64,000 nucleotides of DNA from an uncultured Candidatus Saccharibacteria bacterium. Its GTDB lineage: Bacteria > Patescibacteriota > Minisyncoccia > Phycocordibacterales > UBA9973. The position numbers were made by a program, and so were the translations under genes. The DNA is taken from positions 26,004 to 90,003 of the forward strand of contig CAYPQU010000002.1 in NCBI GenBank assembly GCA_964412965.1, given 5' to 3'. Positions 28,690 through 37,891 of this stretch are shown here, in pieces. Within the stretch, counting starts at the first letter, position 1. Each line of letters starts with the position of its first letter. Below the pieces are notes generated by a model. It searched no databases, was not told the origin of the DNA, and worked only from the letters and a program-made list of their open reading frames with translations.

Positions 28690-30171
28690 ATGGAAGAAAA
28701 AAAGAAAAAAGAAATAATTACTCGATTTGCACCTTCTCCAACAGGCTTTTTACACATTGGAGGAGTGAGGACTGCTATCTATGCATGGCTTTGGGCAAGA
28801 AAAAACAACGGAAAATTTATTCTTCGTATAGAAGACACAGACAAAGAAAGGGAAGTCTCGGGTTCGATTGAACATATAATAAAATCTCTCAAGTGGGTCG
28901 GATTAGATTGGGATTATGGACCAGACAAAGAAGGACCTGCGGGATCCTACATACAATCCGAGAGATTAGATCGTTACAAAAAATATGCTAACGAATTAGT
29001 CATAAAAGGTTTGGCTTATGCTGACCCATACACAGAAGAAGAACTTGAATCTTTTAGAAAAAAATCTGAAGAAGAAAAAAGACCGTTTTTGTACAGAAAC
29101 CACAGGCCAGAAAATCCTCCAGTTTGGGATGGGACAAAACCACTAAGACTTAAAATTACGGATATAAAAAATAGCGAATGGAATGATATAACCCGTGGTA
29201 ATTTAAAAGCAGGGGCAGAAGCTTTAGATGATTTTATTTTAATAAAAAGTGACGGATATCCTACGTACAATTTCGCCCACATCATTGATGATTACGAAAT
29301 GGGTGTGACTCATATTATGAGAGCTGATGAATTTATTGCATCTACTCCTAAATTCCTTGCTTTGTATGAAGCTTTGGGGATAGAGAGACCTGAGTTTGTA
29401 ACTCTTCCTCCTATATTGGGTAAAGATGGAAAAAAGAAACTAGGTAAAAGAGATGGGGCTAAAGACTTTTTAGAATATTCAAAAGATGGATATCTTCCTG
29501 AGGCTATGCTTAATTTCTTAACTTTTATTGGATGGAACCCTGGTGACAATAGAGAAATAATGTCAAAAGAAGAACTCATCTCAGCTTTTGACGTTAATCA
29601 AATACAAATAAGCGGAGGAATGTTTAACGAAGAAAAATTGGAATGGATAAATCACGAACACTTAAAAAAACTATCAGAAAAAGAACAACAAAATTATGTA
29701 ATCTCCTTTATCCCCGAAAGAATATTAAAACTAGAGAACTACAATGAAGAGATTATTAGAAAGATATCTCCTATAATAATAGAAAGAATTAAAAAAGGTA
29801 AAGATATACTGGAATTGGATAAAAACAAAGATCTCGATTTTTATTTTACAGAACCAGAATATGAAAAAGATGGTCTTTTCTTTAAGTCTACTAAAATAGA
29901 AAATGATAAATATAACACATTGGCAAATTACCTAGAAAAAACCACGGAGATATTGGAGCAAATAGATAGTATAGATTTTAAAAAAGAAAAAATTAAAGAA
30001 ACCATCTGGCCTTACGCCGAAGAAGTCGGGAGGGGGGATATTTTGTGGCCTATGAGATATGCTTTATCGGGAGTAGATAAATCACCAGACCCATTTTATC
30101 TAGCAGAGATCTTGGGAAAAGAAGAAACTATTGCTAGAATAAATAAAGCAGTTAATCTTTTAAAAAATTAA
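28690..30171 (+). CDS. gltX: glutamyl-tRNA synthetase
   Basis: ITRFAPSPTGFLHIGGVRTAIYAW (HIGH), RIEDTDKERE, KLGKRDG (KMSKS-like), and an anticodon-binding C-terminus. Confidence 0.9.
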   Translation: MEEKKKKEIITRFAPSPTGFLHIGGVRTAIYAWLWARKNNGKFILRIEDTDKEREVSGSIEHIIKSLKWVGLDWDYGPDKEGPAGSYIQSERLDRYKKYANELVIKGLAYADPYTEEELESFRKKSEEEKRPFLYRNHRPENPPVWDGTKPLRLKITDIKNSEWNDITRGNLKAGAEALDDFILIKSDGYPTYNFAHIIDDYEMGVTHIMRADEFIASTPKFLALYEALGIERPEFVTLPPILGKDGKKKLGKRDGAKDFLEYSKDGYLPEAMLNFLTFIGWNPGDNREIMSKEELISAFDVNQIQISGGMFNEEKLEWINHEHLKKLSEKEQQNYVISFIPERILKLENYNEEIIRKISPIIIERIKKGKDILELDKNKDLDFYFTEPEYEKDGLFFKSTKIENDKYNTLANYLEKTTEILEQIDSIDFKKEKIKETIWPYAEEVGRGDILWPMRYALSGVDKSPDPFYLAEILGKEETIARINKAVNLLKN

Positions 30172-30183
30172 CTTATTAAATAA

Positions 30184-31485
30184 ATGCGAAAGTTCATACT
30201 ACTCTTCACTATAATAGCGATAATTTTTAGTTTTATACCAGATATCTCTGTGGCTTTAACAGCTAGAGAAGTCCAGGAACAAATTAAAAAAACAAATGAA
30301 CAAATAGCACAAATAGAAAAAGAAATTGAAGTCTTGTCCAAACAAATTGTCGAAACTTCTTTAGAAAAAAATACTCTGGCCAATGCAATAAAAGAATTAA
30401 ACTTTAAAAGAAATCAGCTAATCAAAGAGCGAGAGGCAATACAAAAGAAAATAAATGCAACAGGCTTGGTTATACAAAGCATTGATAGTGATATCAGTGA
30501 AAAAGAAAAATCCTTAACTATATCGAGGCTTGCTTTGGCAAATTCCTTAAGAAAATTATACCAAAATGACAACACTTTGTTTTTTGAAAGATTATTATCA
30601 GGAGAAAAACTTTCTGATTTTAGTAGAGAATATAATAATCTTTTAGCAATCAACCAAGAAGTAAAAAACAAAATATTTGAAATATTAGACAAAAAAGAAA
30701 AACTACTTGCCTCTAAAAACGAAAAAGAGCTAGAAAGACAAAACCTCAATAATCTTAAAAAAAATCTAAGCCAGCAAGAGAAGGTTATCTCATCTAATCA
30801 ACAAGAAAAAAATATTCTACTCAAGGAAACTCAAAACAAAGAAAGTAATTATCAAAAATTGTTATCGGAGCAAATCAAAAGGAAAGAATCTTTTGAGCGA
30901 GAGATGGCAGATTATGAAACCCAACTTAAGCTTCTAATAAATCCTAAATTTTTACCAAAAGAAGGGTCAGAAGTATTGTCCTGGCCTCTTAAGTCTATTT
31001 TTATAACATCACCTTTTGGGGTACGAGTAAATCCTTTTAATTCGGCTATTAACACCTATCACTACGGAGTTGATTTTAGGGCAACTTCAGGAACTTCTGT
31101 TTTTGCAATGGCTGGAGGAGTTGTCGAGGGAACAGGAAATACTGATGTCGCTTGCCAGGGCGCTTCTTTTGGTAAATGGATTCTCATTAAACACACAAAT
31201 GGATTGTCTAGCTCTTATGGGCATCTTTCTAATATTTCTGTACAAAAGGGGGATATAATTAAGACGGGTGATGTGATTGGTCTTTCTGGTGGCACTCGAG
31301 GAATTTTTGGCTCTGGATCATCTACTGGCCCACATTTGCACATCTCGGTTTATGCTTCAGATGGAGTAGAGGTGGCTTCATTTGAAAGCAAGGGATGCCC
31401 TGGAAAAATATTAGTGCAGCCTAGAATAACGAGAGCTAATGCTCACCTTAATCCAATACTTTATTTGCCCAAAAAGACTCCATAA
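30184..31485 (+). CDS. EnvC-like coiled-coil protein with a C-terminal M23 (LytM) metallopeptidase domain
   Basis: Signal/TM N-terminus, ~250 aa of heptad-rich coiled coil, then HYGVDFRA..GTSVFAMAGGVV....GHLS...V.KGD.I..GDVIG.SG..G.STGPHLHISVY (HxxxD and HxH M23 motifs). Confidence 0.75.
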   Translation: MRKFILLFTIIAIIFSFIPDISVALTAREVQEQIKKTNEQIAQIEKEIEVLSKQIVETSLEKNTLANAIKELNFKRNQLIKEREAIQKKINATGLVIQSIDSDISEKEKSLTISRLALANSLRKLYQNDNTLFFERLLSGEKLSDFSREYNNLLAINQEVKNKIFEILDKKEKLLASKNEKELERQNLNNLKKNLSQQEKVISSNQQEKNILLKETQNKESNYQKLLSEQIKRKESFEREMADYETQLKLLINPKFLPKEGSEVLSWPLKSIFITSPFGVRVNPFNSAINTYHYGVDFRATSGTSVFAMAGGVVEGTGNTDVACQGASFGKWILIKHTNGLSSSYGHLSNISVQKGDIIKTGDVIGLSGGTRGIFGSGSSTGPHLHISVYASDGVEVASFESKGCPGKILVQPRITRANAHLNPILYLPKKTP

Positions 31486-31531
31486 TAATAAAAAAGTAGA
31501 TTATTTTTATTAAAATGTTAAAATATAATAT

Positions 31532-31867
31532 ATGGAAAACGAATCAAAAAAACCAAGGGTACAGATACGTTTAGGTGGGTTGATTGTTATTATCATTCTT
31601 GCTCTCATTTTATTTAAAGTCGATATCAAAACTAAAATAGAATCCGAACAGTTTCAAAAAAATATTTCTTATATAACAGATAAATCAATGGAAATATGGG
31701 AAAAGTATATTTCAGGTCCTTTTAAATCTAAGACAGGTGACTTTGTTAAAGATTTAGCTAGTCAGGGTTTAGATAAAATTCAAGAATCCGTAAACGAAAA
31801 AGCAGACAGTTTACTAGACACAAAAAATATACAGAAAAGCTTTAATAAAATAACAGAGGAAGAGTAG
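31532..31867 (+). CDS. hypothetical small membrane-anchored protein
   Basis: One N-terminal TM helix (LGGLIVIIILALILF). Confidence 0.3.
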   Translation: MENESKKPRVQIRLGGLIVIIILALILFKVDIKTKIESEQFQKNISYITDKSMEIWEKYISGPFKSKTGDFVKDLASQGLDKIQESVNEKADSLLDTKNIQKSFNKITEEE

Positions 31868-31875
31868 AAAAAAAT

Positions 31876-33618
31876 ATGGAAAAAACACCTCGGTTTATAA
31901 AAGAATTTTCTAAAGAAAAATCACATCAAGAACGCGAACAAACAGCACGAGACATTAAAGAAAAACGTGTGGAATATTTTGTAGGAAAAAAAGATCTATC
32001 AGAAAGGCAAACCAGGTTACAAGAATCTATCGAAAATCAAGAACTAATTTTAAAGGAAAGACTAAAAAATATTGATAATCTTAATGATCAGATTTCTGAA
32101 ATTACGAACTCAGGACTTACTAAAATTTTAAATTATTTTAAACTAAAAAAGCTACAAGCAGATCTTGTTGTTGGTCAAAAAACTTATGAGGAATTAAAAC
32201 AACAACAGGACTTAGATAAAACAGAGCAACTATCTCTTTCTGAAAAACTAGAAGATGAAAAGAATCCTTTGGTAATGCAAGAATCTAAAAAAATATTAGA
32301 CAATTTTTACCAAAATCAAAAAGAAAAGTGGGTACAAAAAGAATACTCAAAAGAAGATATTGCTAAATATTTTTCTGAGGAGCACTTGTCGTCTCTATCT
32401 TTAGAAGACTATGTTTTGTTACTAAAAAGATTCCCTCGTGAAATGGTAGCTCACGTTACAAGGCAAGGAGTTCGAGATCATATTGGTATGATGTATCATA
32501 CTGCAGGAGAAGGTGAATATGCCGAGGGTTTCTTAAAAATGGTTGAAGATGGAAGATTGCGTTCACCACTCGGTGTTTATCTAACGGAGAACGAGAAGGA
32601 AAAAGCGATCACCAGATTTCTTCGTCTAGATAATTTTGAGAATAAAGATGAGGCCTTAGGTCATCTTGCTACTTTAACAGATGTCCAGCAGTACGAAAGC
32701 GGAAGTTATGCGGACAGAATGGCAATTCATTTTGCCACCGAAGAAGTTGCAGATAGTTATTATGGTTCCGAAAAAGGAAACGAAATTTTTATAGCATATC
32801 CTTCTGCTTTTATCGCATCGCAATATTATTTTAACGGACAGTTAAAAGAGGGTAATAGTGGTTATTGGAACGACCAATGGATTTGGGCCAACGAAGAACA
32901 CGGAATTGATTTAAATGCAGGGTTGATTTTTATTCCGGAAGAAGCAAGAGTTGATAAAAACACAGGTTCTCGTTACGAACTCGATGAAAACAAAAATCCA
33001 ATCAAAAATTTAGAATATTTAAACATCTTAAGAAAAGTCTTTGCCTCTGATGATTTTGATGACTTTGCTAAGCAGGTTATGGAAATAACTGGAAAATTAA
33101 GCAAAAAAGACGAACAAAATTTACTACCAAGCGAGCTAGAACTATTTAATAAGCTAGAACCATTTCGTCAAAAACTGGAAAACAATTATGGAATAAAAGA
33201 TCGACGACTCCAAAATTCAATTTTTGATTATCACACACTATTGTCTCTTACAGGTCTAAAAAATGAACCTGTAAGTACTCACAGTCCTGAATCGGTTATA
33301 GAAGAATCATTAGAAAAATCGGGTATTTTGTTTACTGAAGCAAAAAATACTATTAGCTCAAAACAATTCTGGGAAGAATACTTTGCTAAAAACCAAAGTA
33401 AGCGCCCTTCGAAAATTATCTACTATAAAGGGGAAGACCCCACTGGAGCTCTTAGGCAGTGGAGGAAAGAACAAGGTATTGATAAAACAACAAAAGATGA
33501 GAATTTAGGTTTTTCTGAGAGGAGCATTAGCCGGGATGCTCCCCAAGCTGTTGCAGGTCTAAGCCGTTTTAAAAATTTGGCGGAAAAAATAATCGAGGAT
33601 TACTTTGCGAAAAAATAA
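31876..33618 (+). CDS. hypothetical protein, 580 aa, no recognisable domain
   Basis: Long uninterrupted ORF with strong coding character and a coiled-coil-like N-terminal third. Confidence 0.4.
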   Translation: MEKTPRFIKEFSKEKSHQEREQTARDIKEKRVEYFVGKKDLSERQTRLQESIENQELILKERLKNIDNLNDQISEITNSGLTKILNYFKLKKLQADLVVGQKTYEELKQQQDLDKTEQLSLSEKLEDEKNPLVMQESKKILDNFYQNQKEKWVQKEYSKEDIAKYFSEEHLSSLSLEDYVLLLKRFPREMVAHVTRQGVRDHIGMMYHTAGEGEYAEGFLKMVEDGRLRSPLGVYLTENEKEKAITRFLRLDNFENKDEALGHLATLTDVQQYESGSYADRMAIHFATEEVADSYYGSEKGNEIFIAYPSAFIASQYYFNGQLKEGNSGYWNDQWIWANEEHGIDLNAGLIFIPEEARVDKNTGSRYELDENKNPIKNLEYLNILRKVFASDDFDDFAKQVMEITGKLSKKDEQNLLPSELELFNKLEPFRQKLENNYGIKDRRLQNSIFDYHTLLSLTGLKNEPVSTHSPESVIEESLEKSGILFTEAKNTISSKQFWEEYFAKNQSKRPSKIIYYKGEDPTGALRQWRKEQGIDKTTKDENLGFSERSISRDAPQAVAGLSRFKNLAEKIIEDYFAKK

Positions 33619-33619
33619 A

Positions 33620-33687
33620 GTTTGCTTTCTCTCGGACAAAAAATAAAAAACCTTTCGGCTTTTATTTTTGTGCCCGAGGTGGGAACG
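33620..33687. repeat. direct duplicate (~67 nt, ~95% identical) of the tRNA-Leu 3' end (15 nt) plus its downstream terminator flank
   Basis: gtttgctttctctcggacaaaaa(a)taaaaa(a/g)cctttcggcttttatttttgtgcccgaggtgggaa occurs at 33620-33687 and again at 33780-33845, the second copy being the true tRNA 3' end. Confidence 0.7.
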
Positions 33688-33829
33688 CTTCGCTTATCGC
33701 CGACTACATCGGCAGGTACTTTTCCACCTCGCTTCGCTCGTACGGAAAAGTCTTTCGATTCCCGCACAAAAGCAAAGCAGTTTGCTTTCTCTCGGACAAA
33801 AATAAAAAGCCTTTCGGCTTTTATTTTTG

Positions 33830-33911
33830 TGCCCGAGGTGGGAATCGAACCCACATCCCTTGCGAGACACGATTTTAAGTCGTGCGCGTATACCTATTCC
33901 GCCACTCGGGC
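33830..33911 (-). tRNA. tRNA-Leu (anticodon TAA)
   Basis: The minus strand GCCCGAGTGGCGGAATAGGTATACGCGCACGACTTAAAATCGTGTCTCGCAAGGGATGTGGGTTCGATTCCCACCTCGGGCA folds as a cloverleaf with a long variable arm and anticodon loop CUUAAAA. CCA is not encoded. A small bidirectional hairpin aagcc-gaaa-ggctt plus a T-run follows. Confidence 0.85.
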
Positions 33912-34140
33912 AAACAAAACATATAATATATTTTAAACAGCCGTTTGCCCTCGCGTCGGCCTCCTCCTTTCAGTCGGATAAAACATGAAGCAGTTCATCT
34001 TTTATCCACTCGGGCAAACAAAACATATTAAATGTTTTTAATAACAAAAGGTATTATAGCATAAAGATTTTTAAATAGGAATATTAGTTTTTATTTTTTA
34101 AATTTCTCAAAAGGCTTATTTTTTGATATAATCGACTCAT

Positions 34141-35556
34141 ATGTCAAAGGAATACTACACTACAATAGGACTCGAAATACACGCAGAATTAAAGACTAAT
34201 TCTAAGATGTTTTGCGGTTGCAAAAACAACCCCGATGAAAAAACTCCAAATACTAACATCTGTCCTGTTTGTATGGCTCAACCTGGAACTTTACCTGTTA
34301 TAAATGCCGAAGCTGTTAAAAGTGTAGTCAAAGTTGGACTAGCTCTTGGAGCAAAAATTGCAGATTTTACAGAATTTGATCGTAAAAATTATTTTTATCC
34401 AGATATTCCAAAATCTTATCAGATTTCCCAATATAAATATCCGATTGTTTCTGGCGGGGAATTAAATGGGGTAAAAATTACTCGAGTACACCTTGAAGAA
34501 GACACAGCCACCTCAAAACACGATCGAGGAGATTTTTCTCTTATCGATTTTAATCGTGCCGGGGTTCCTTTAATGGAATTAGTAACAGAACCCGTCATTC
34601 ATAGCGCCAAAGAAGCTGGAGATTTTGGAAGAGAGCTACAATTACTTCTTCGATACTTAGGTGTTTCAGAGGCTAATATGGAAAAAGGTCAAATGAGAGT
34701 TGAATTAAATATTTCCGTGTCTGATGTTCCAAATAAATTTGGAACTAAGGTTGAAGTTAAAAATATCAACTCTTTTAAAGCCGTAGAAAAAGCAGCTGAG
34801 TACGAAACCAAGAGAATGATCGAGCTAATAGAATCTGGGGGAAAAAATAAAATAGTTCAAGAAACAAGAGGCTGGGACGAAACTAAGCAAGCTACGTTTT
34901 CTCAAAGAGTAAAAGAAAATGCAAATGATTATAGATATTTTCCAGATCCCGACTTACCTAAACTTTTCTTGTCAGAAATATTTAATTTAGAAGAACTGAG
35001 AAAAAACCTTCCTGAACTTCCTCAAGCTAAAAGAATTCGCTATGGAAATGATTATGGAATAAAAGAAGAAGATATTGAAAGTTATATTATTGATCAGGAG
35101 TTAGGAAACTGGTTTGAAAAAGTTTGTTCAATTCTTAAAGATAAAGAGAAAATTAAAACCGCTTCTAACTATATAACTTCTGATTTATTGGGTCTTAAAA
35201 AAATAAACCCTGATATAAAAATCCCTAGTGAAAATAATTTTGCTGAATTAATCCAAATGATCTCTGACAATAAAATTTCTTCAAGGGCTGCAAAAGACAT
35301 ACTGGCAATGATCGCCACAGAAGACGCGTCACCAATGAAAATAGCTGAAGAAAAAGATTTGCTTCAAAAAAATGACGAGGGGGCACTGAAGGAAATCATC
35401 CAAAAAATAATTGATAATAACAAAGAAGTGGTCGAAACTTACAAAGCAGGAAAAGAAAATGCAATCATGTCTTTGGTCGGACAAGTCATGAAGGAAACAA
35501 AAGGTAGCGCTAACCCTCAATTGGCCTTAAAATTATTAAAAGAATTATTATCATAA
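34141..35556 (+). CDS. gatB: Asp-tRNA(Asn)/Glu-tRNA(Gln) amidotransferase subunit B
   Basis: YYTTIGLEIHAELKTNSKMFCGC.....NTNICPVC...PGTLPV and a GatB/YqeY C-terminal domain. A TGATATAAT promoter-like box lies at 34120-34131. Confidence 0.9.
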   Translation: MSKEYYTTIGLEIHAELKTNSKMFCGCKNNPDEKTPNTNICPVCMAQPGTLPVINAEAVKSVVKVGLALGAKIADFTEFDRKNYFYPDIPKSYQISQYKYPIVSGGELNGVKITRVHLEEDTATSKHDRGDFSLIDFNRAGVPLMELVTEPVIHSAKEAGDFGRELQLLLRYLGVSEANMEKGQMRVELNISVSDVPNKFGTKVEVKNINSFKAVEKAAEYETKRMIELIESGGKNKIVQETRGWDETKQATFSQRVKENANDYRYFPDPDLPKLFLSEIFNLEELRKNLPELPQAKRIRYGNDYGIKEEDIESYIIDQELGNWFEKVCSILKDKEKIKTASNYITSDLLGLKKINPDIKIPSENNFAELIQMISDNKISSRAAKDILAMIATEDASPMKIAEEKDLLQKNDEGALKEIIQKIIDNNKEVVETYKAGKENAIMSLVGQVMKETKGSANPQLALKLLKELLS

Positions 35557-36260
35557 ATTTTAGTAGTCCGACTACTAAAATTTAAAATTCTACTTCTTCT
35601 TTTCTCTTTATGGTTTCAAGCCAAAGTGATTTTGCTGTTTTATAATAATCCTCTTTGTTTTTAAAATTACTTAAAACTATTGTTTTGTTACATATTCCCA
35701 CTGAGTCATTAGTATATTCGCACAGACTAGATTTACTAAAATCAGAAATAGTTTTAAGATTTTTATCTAAGTTATTAAAATTAACATATGCACTTAATTG
35801 TATTAAATATCTTTCGTCTTCTATTTGTTTTGATTTAAATTTTCCTTGAAAAAGCACACCAGATCTATCGTATTTTTCATTAAAATATCTAGTATAGCCA
35901 CCTATTCTCTGCATAAATTTTTCTATTCCATTATCTACAAGAGGGGATAAAATAAGATGAAAATGATTCTTGTTAATACAATATGCTATTATGGCTACTA
36001 AAGGTTTTTTAGTAGTCCGACTACTAAATTTTAACTTTTTCTTAAGATGTTGCTGAAAAATACTTTGTATTGGTTCTACTGTATTAAATTCTAATAAACT
36101 CAGAAAAAATCTATTGAGATCTTCTTTATCTATAATGATATCTCTTTTATCAGAACCTCTGTTATAAATATGATAATATTGTCCTATTTCAAATATATGA
36201 TTTCTCATATATATAATCATACCATACTTTTAAATTTTAGTAGTCGGACTACTAAAATTA
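35555..36260 (-). mobile_element. REPtron-like unit: an IS200/RAYT-type Y1 transposase gene flanked by inverted copies of a 23-nt REP-like palindrome
   Basis: ttttagtagtccgactactaaaa at 35558-35580, the inverted version ttttagtagtcggactactaaaa at 36235-36257, and a third same-orientation copy embedded in the ORF at 36008-36028. Confidence 0.6.
35582..36220 (-). CDS. IS200/IS605-family HUH (Y1) transposase-like protein, REP-associated tyrosine transposase (RAYT) type
   Basis: N-terminal YYHIYNRGSDKRDIIIDKEDLNRFFLSLLEF (RAYT YH.xNRG motif); HUH motif NKNHFHLILSP; conserved Tyr-containing C-terminal helix (RYLIQLSAYVNFN). Confidence 0.65.
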   Translation of the reverse strand: MIIYMRNHIFEIGQYYHIYNRGSDKRDIIIDKEDLNRFFLSLLEFNTVEPIQSIFQQHLKKKLKFSSRTTKKPLVAIIAYCINKNHFHLILSPLVDNGIEKFMQRIGGYTRYFNEKYDRSGVLFQGKFKSKQIEDERYLIQLSAYVNFNNLDKNLKTISDFSKSSLCEYTNDSVGICNKTIVLSNFKNKEDYYKTAKSLWLETIKRKEEVEF

Positions 36261-36326
36261 TGGTTTTATTTTAAAATAAAATAATGATACAATAAAATAT
36301 ATAATTTTTAAAAAGATATTTATATT

Positions 36327-37373
36327 ATGTACAAAAAAATTCGTGTTGCAATAAATGGTTTTGGAAGAATTGGTCGTGCGTTCTTAAAACTCTCATGGGA
36401 AAGAGGGGATTTAGAAGTAGTTGCCATCAACGACCTAGGAACTATCGATAGTCTTTCATACCTTCTAAAATACGATACAGTCTATGGCAAGTGGAATCAT
36501 GATATAAAAATAGAAAAAGGAGCTGAAGGAGAAAAATCTTATATCATTATAGATGGTAAAAAAATACAATATATTCAAGAAAAAGATACAACCAAACTTC
36601 CTTGGAAAGAATTAGGAATAGATGTCGTAGTAGAATCTACTGGTGCATTCACTTCTTATGACAAATCGAAATTCCACCTAGATTGTGGAGCAAAGAAAGT
36701 TGTAATTTCTGCACCTTCAAAGGGCGCTGATAGTACAGTAAAAGGTGAGACAATATTGCTTGGAGTAAATGAAGACAAATTTGGTACTTGCGATATTACA
36801 TCTAACGCTTCATGTACTACAAATGCAGCGTCTCCTCTTATCGCCATTCTTCATGAAGCAATCGGAGTAGAGAAGGCAATATTGAACACTGTCCATGGAT
36901 ACACTGCGACTCAAGCTCTCGTAGATGGCCCTAGCAAGAAGGATTTAAGAGAAGGCCGTGCAGCAGCCGAGAATATTATTCCAAGCTCTACAGGAGCAGC
37001 CATAGCGGTTACAGAGGCCTTTCCAGTGCTCAAAGGGCTATTTGACGGTATTTCTATCCGTGTGCCAGTCCCAGCTGGGTCTATAGTTGATATTACTTTT
37101 ATAGCAAAAAGAGATACTACAAAAGAAGAGGTGAACGAGATATTGAAAAAAGCATCTAATGACCCACGATGGGAAAATTTATTTACTGCCACAAATGAAC
37201 CAATCGTATCATCCGATATCCTTGCGGAAAAATATGCTTGTATTGCTGACTTAGAAATGACTAGAGTTGTCGGAGGAAATTTGGTAAAAGTTCTTGGGTG
37301 GTATGACAATGAAATGGGGTACACTTACACTCTATTAGACCATGTTGTCAAAACTGGAAAAACTATAAAATAA
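36327..37373 (+). CDS. gap: glyceraldehyde-3-phosphate dehydrogenase
   Basis: INGFGRIGR Rossmann motif and active site SNASCTTNA. Confidence 0.9.
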   Translation: MYKKIRVAINGFGRIGRAFLKLSWERGDLEVVAINDLGTIDSLSYLLKYDTVYGKWNHDIKIEKGAEGEKSYIIIDGKKIQYIQEKDTTKLPWKELGIDVVVESTGAFTSYDKSKFHLDCGAKKVVISAPSKGADSTVKGETILLGVNEDKFGTCDITSNASCTTNAASPLIAILHEAIGVEKAILNTVHGYTATQALVDGPSKKDLREGRAAAENIIPSSTGAAIAVTEAFPVLKGLFDGISIRVPVPAGSIVDITFIAKRDTTKEEVNEILKKASNDPRWENLFTATNEPIVSSDILAEKYACIADLEMTRVVGGNLVKVLGWYDNEMGYTYTLLDHVVKTGKTIK

Positions 37374-37434
37374 AATTTTACAAAAAAATAACATCATAAT
37401 GCTTGGTATTATTTTTTTGTGCTATAATAAATAT

Positions 37435-37890
37435 ATGAAAATTTTTATTGGATCAGATCATGCTGGGTTTGAGCTTAAGGAAAAAATAAAAGAATATCTT
37501 ATGAATGAGAATTGGCAAGTAGAAGACAGGGGTGCTTTTGTTTTGGACAACAACGATGATTATCCTAATTTTATAAAATTAGTAGCCGAAGCCGTATCTT
37601 TGGATAAAGATTCTTTTGGAATAGTGCTTGGTGGAAGTGGGCAAGGTGAACAAATAGTTGCTAATAAAATAGATGGTATTCGAGCAATTGAATATTATGG
37701 CGGAAATTTAGAAATAATCAAACTCGGAAGAGAACATAATAATGCAAACATTCTTTCTTTGGGAGCTCGTTTTATAGACGAGAAGGAAGCATTTGATGCA
37801 GTGAAAATATTTTTAAAAACCAAATTCTCTGAAGAAGAAAGACACAGCAGAAGATTAAAAAAAATTACAAAAATAGAAGAAAATAATTAA
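37435..37890 (+). CDS. rpiB: ribose-5-phosphate isomerase B (RpiB/LacAB family)
   Basis: MKIFIGSDHAGFELKE, GIVLGGSGQGEQIVANKIDGIRA and C-terminal RHSRRLKKI. GTGCTATAAT is 6 nt upstream of the ATG, so the mRNA may be leaderless. Confidence 0.85.
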   Translation: MKIFIGSDHAGFELKEKIKEYLMNENWQVEDRGAFVLDNNDDYPNFIKLVAEAVSLDKDSFGIVLGGSGQGEQIVANKIDGIRAIEYYGGNLEIIKLGREHNNANILSLGARFIDEKEAFDAVKIFLKTKFSEEERHSRRLKKITKIEENN

Positions 37891-37891
37891 A

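Noticed and set aside
33600-33936. ORFs 33600..33854 (-) and 33622..33936 (+) from the ORF track
   Set aside because: They overlap the tRNA-Leu gene and its duplicated flanks. The low-complexity translation is an artifact of the repeat.
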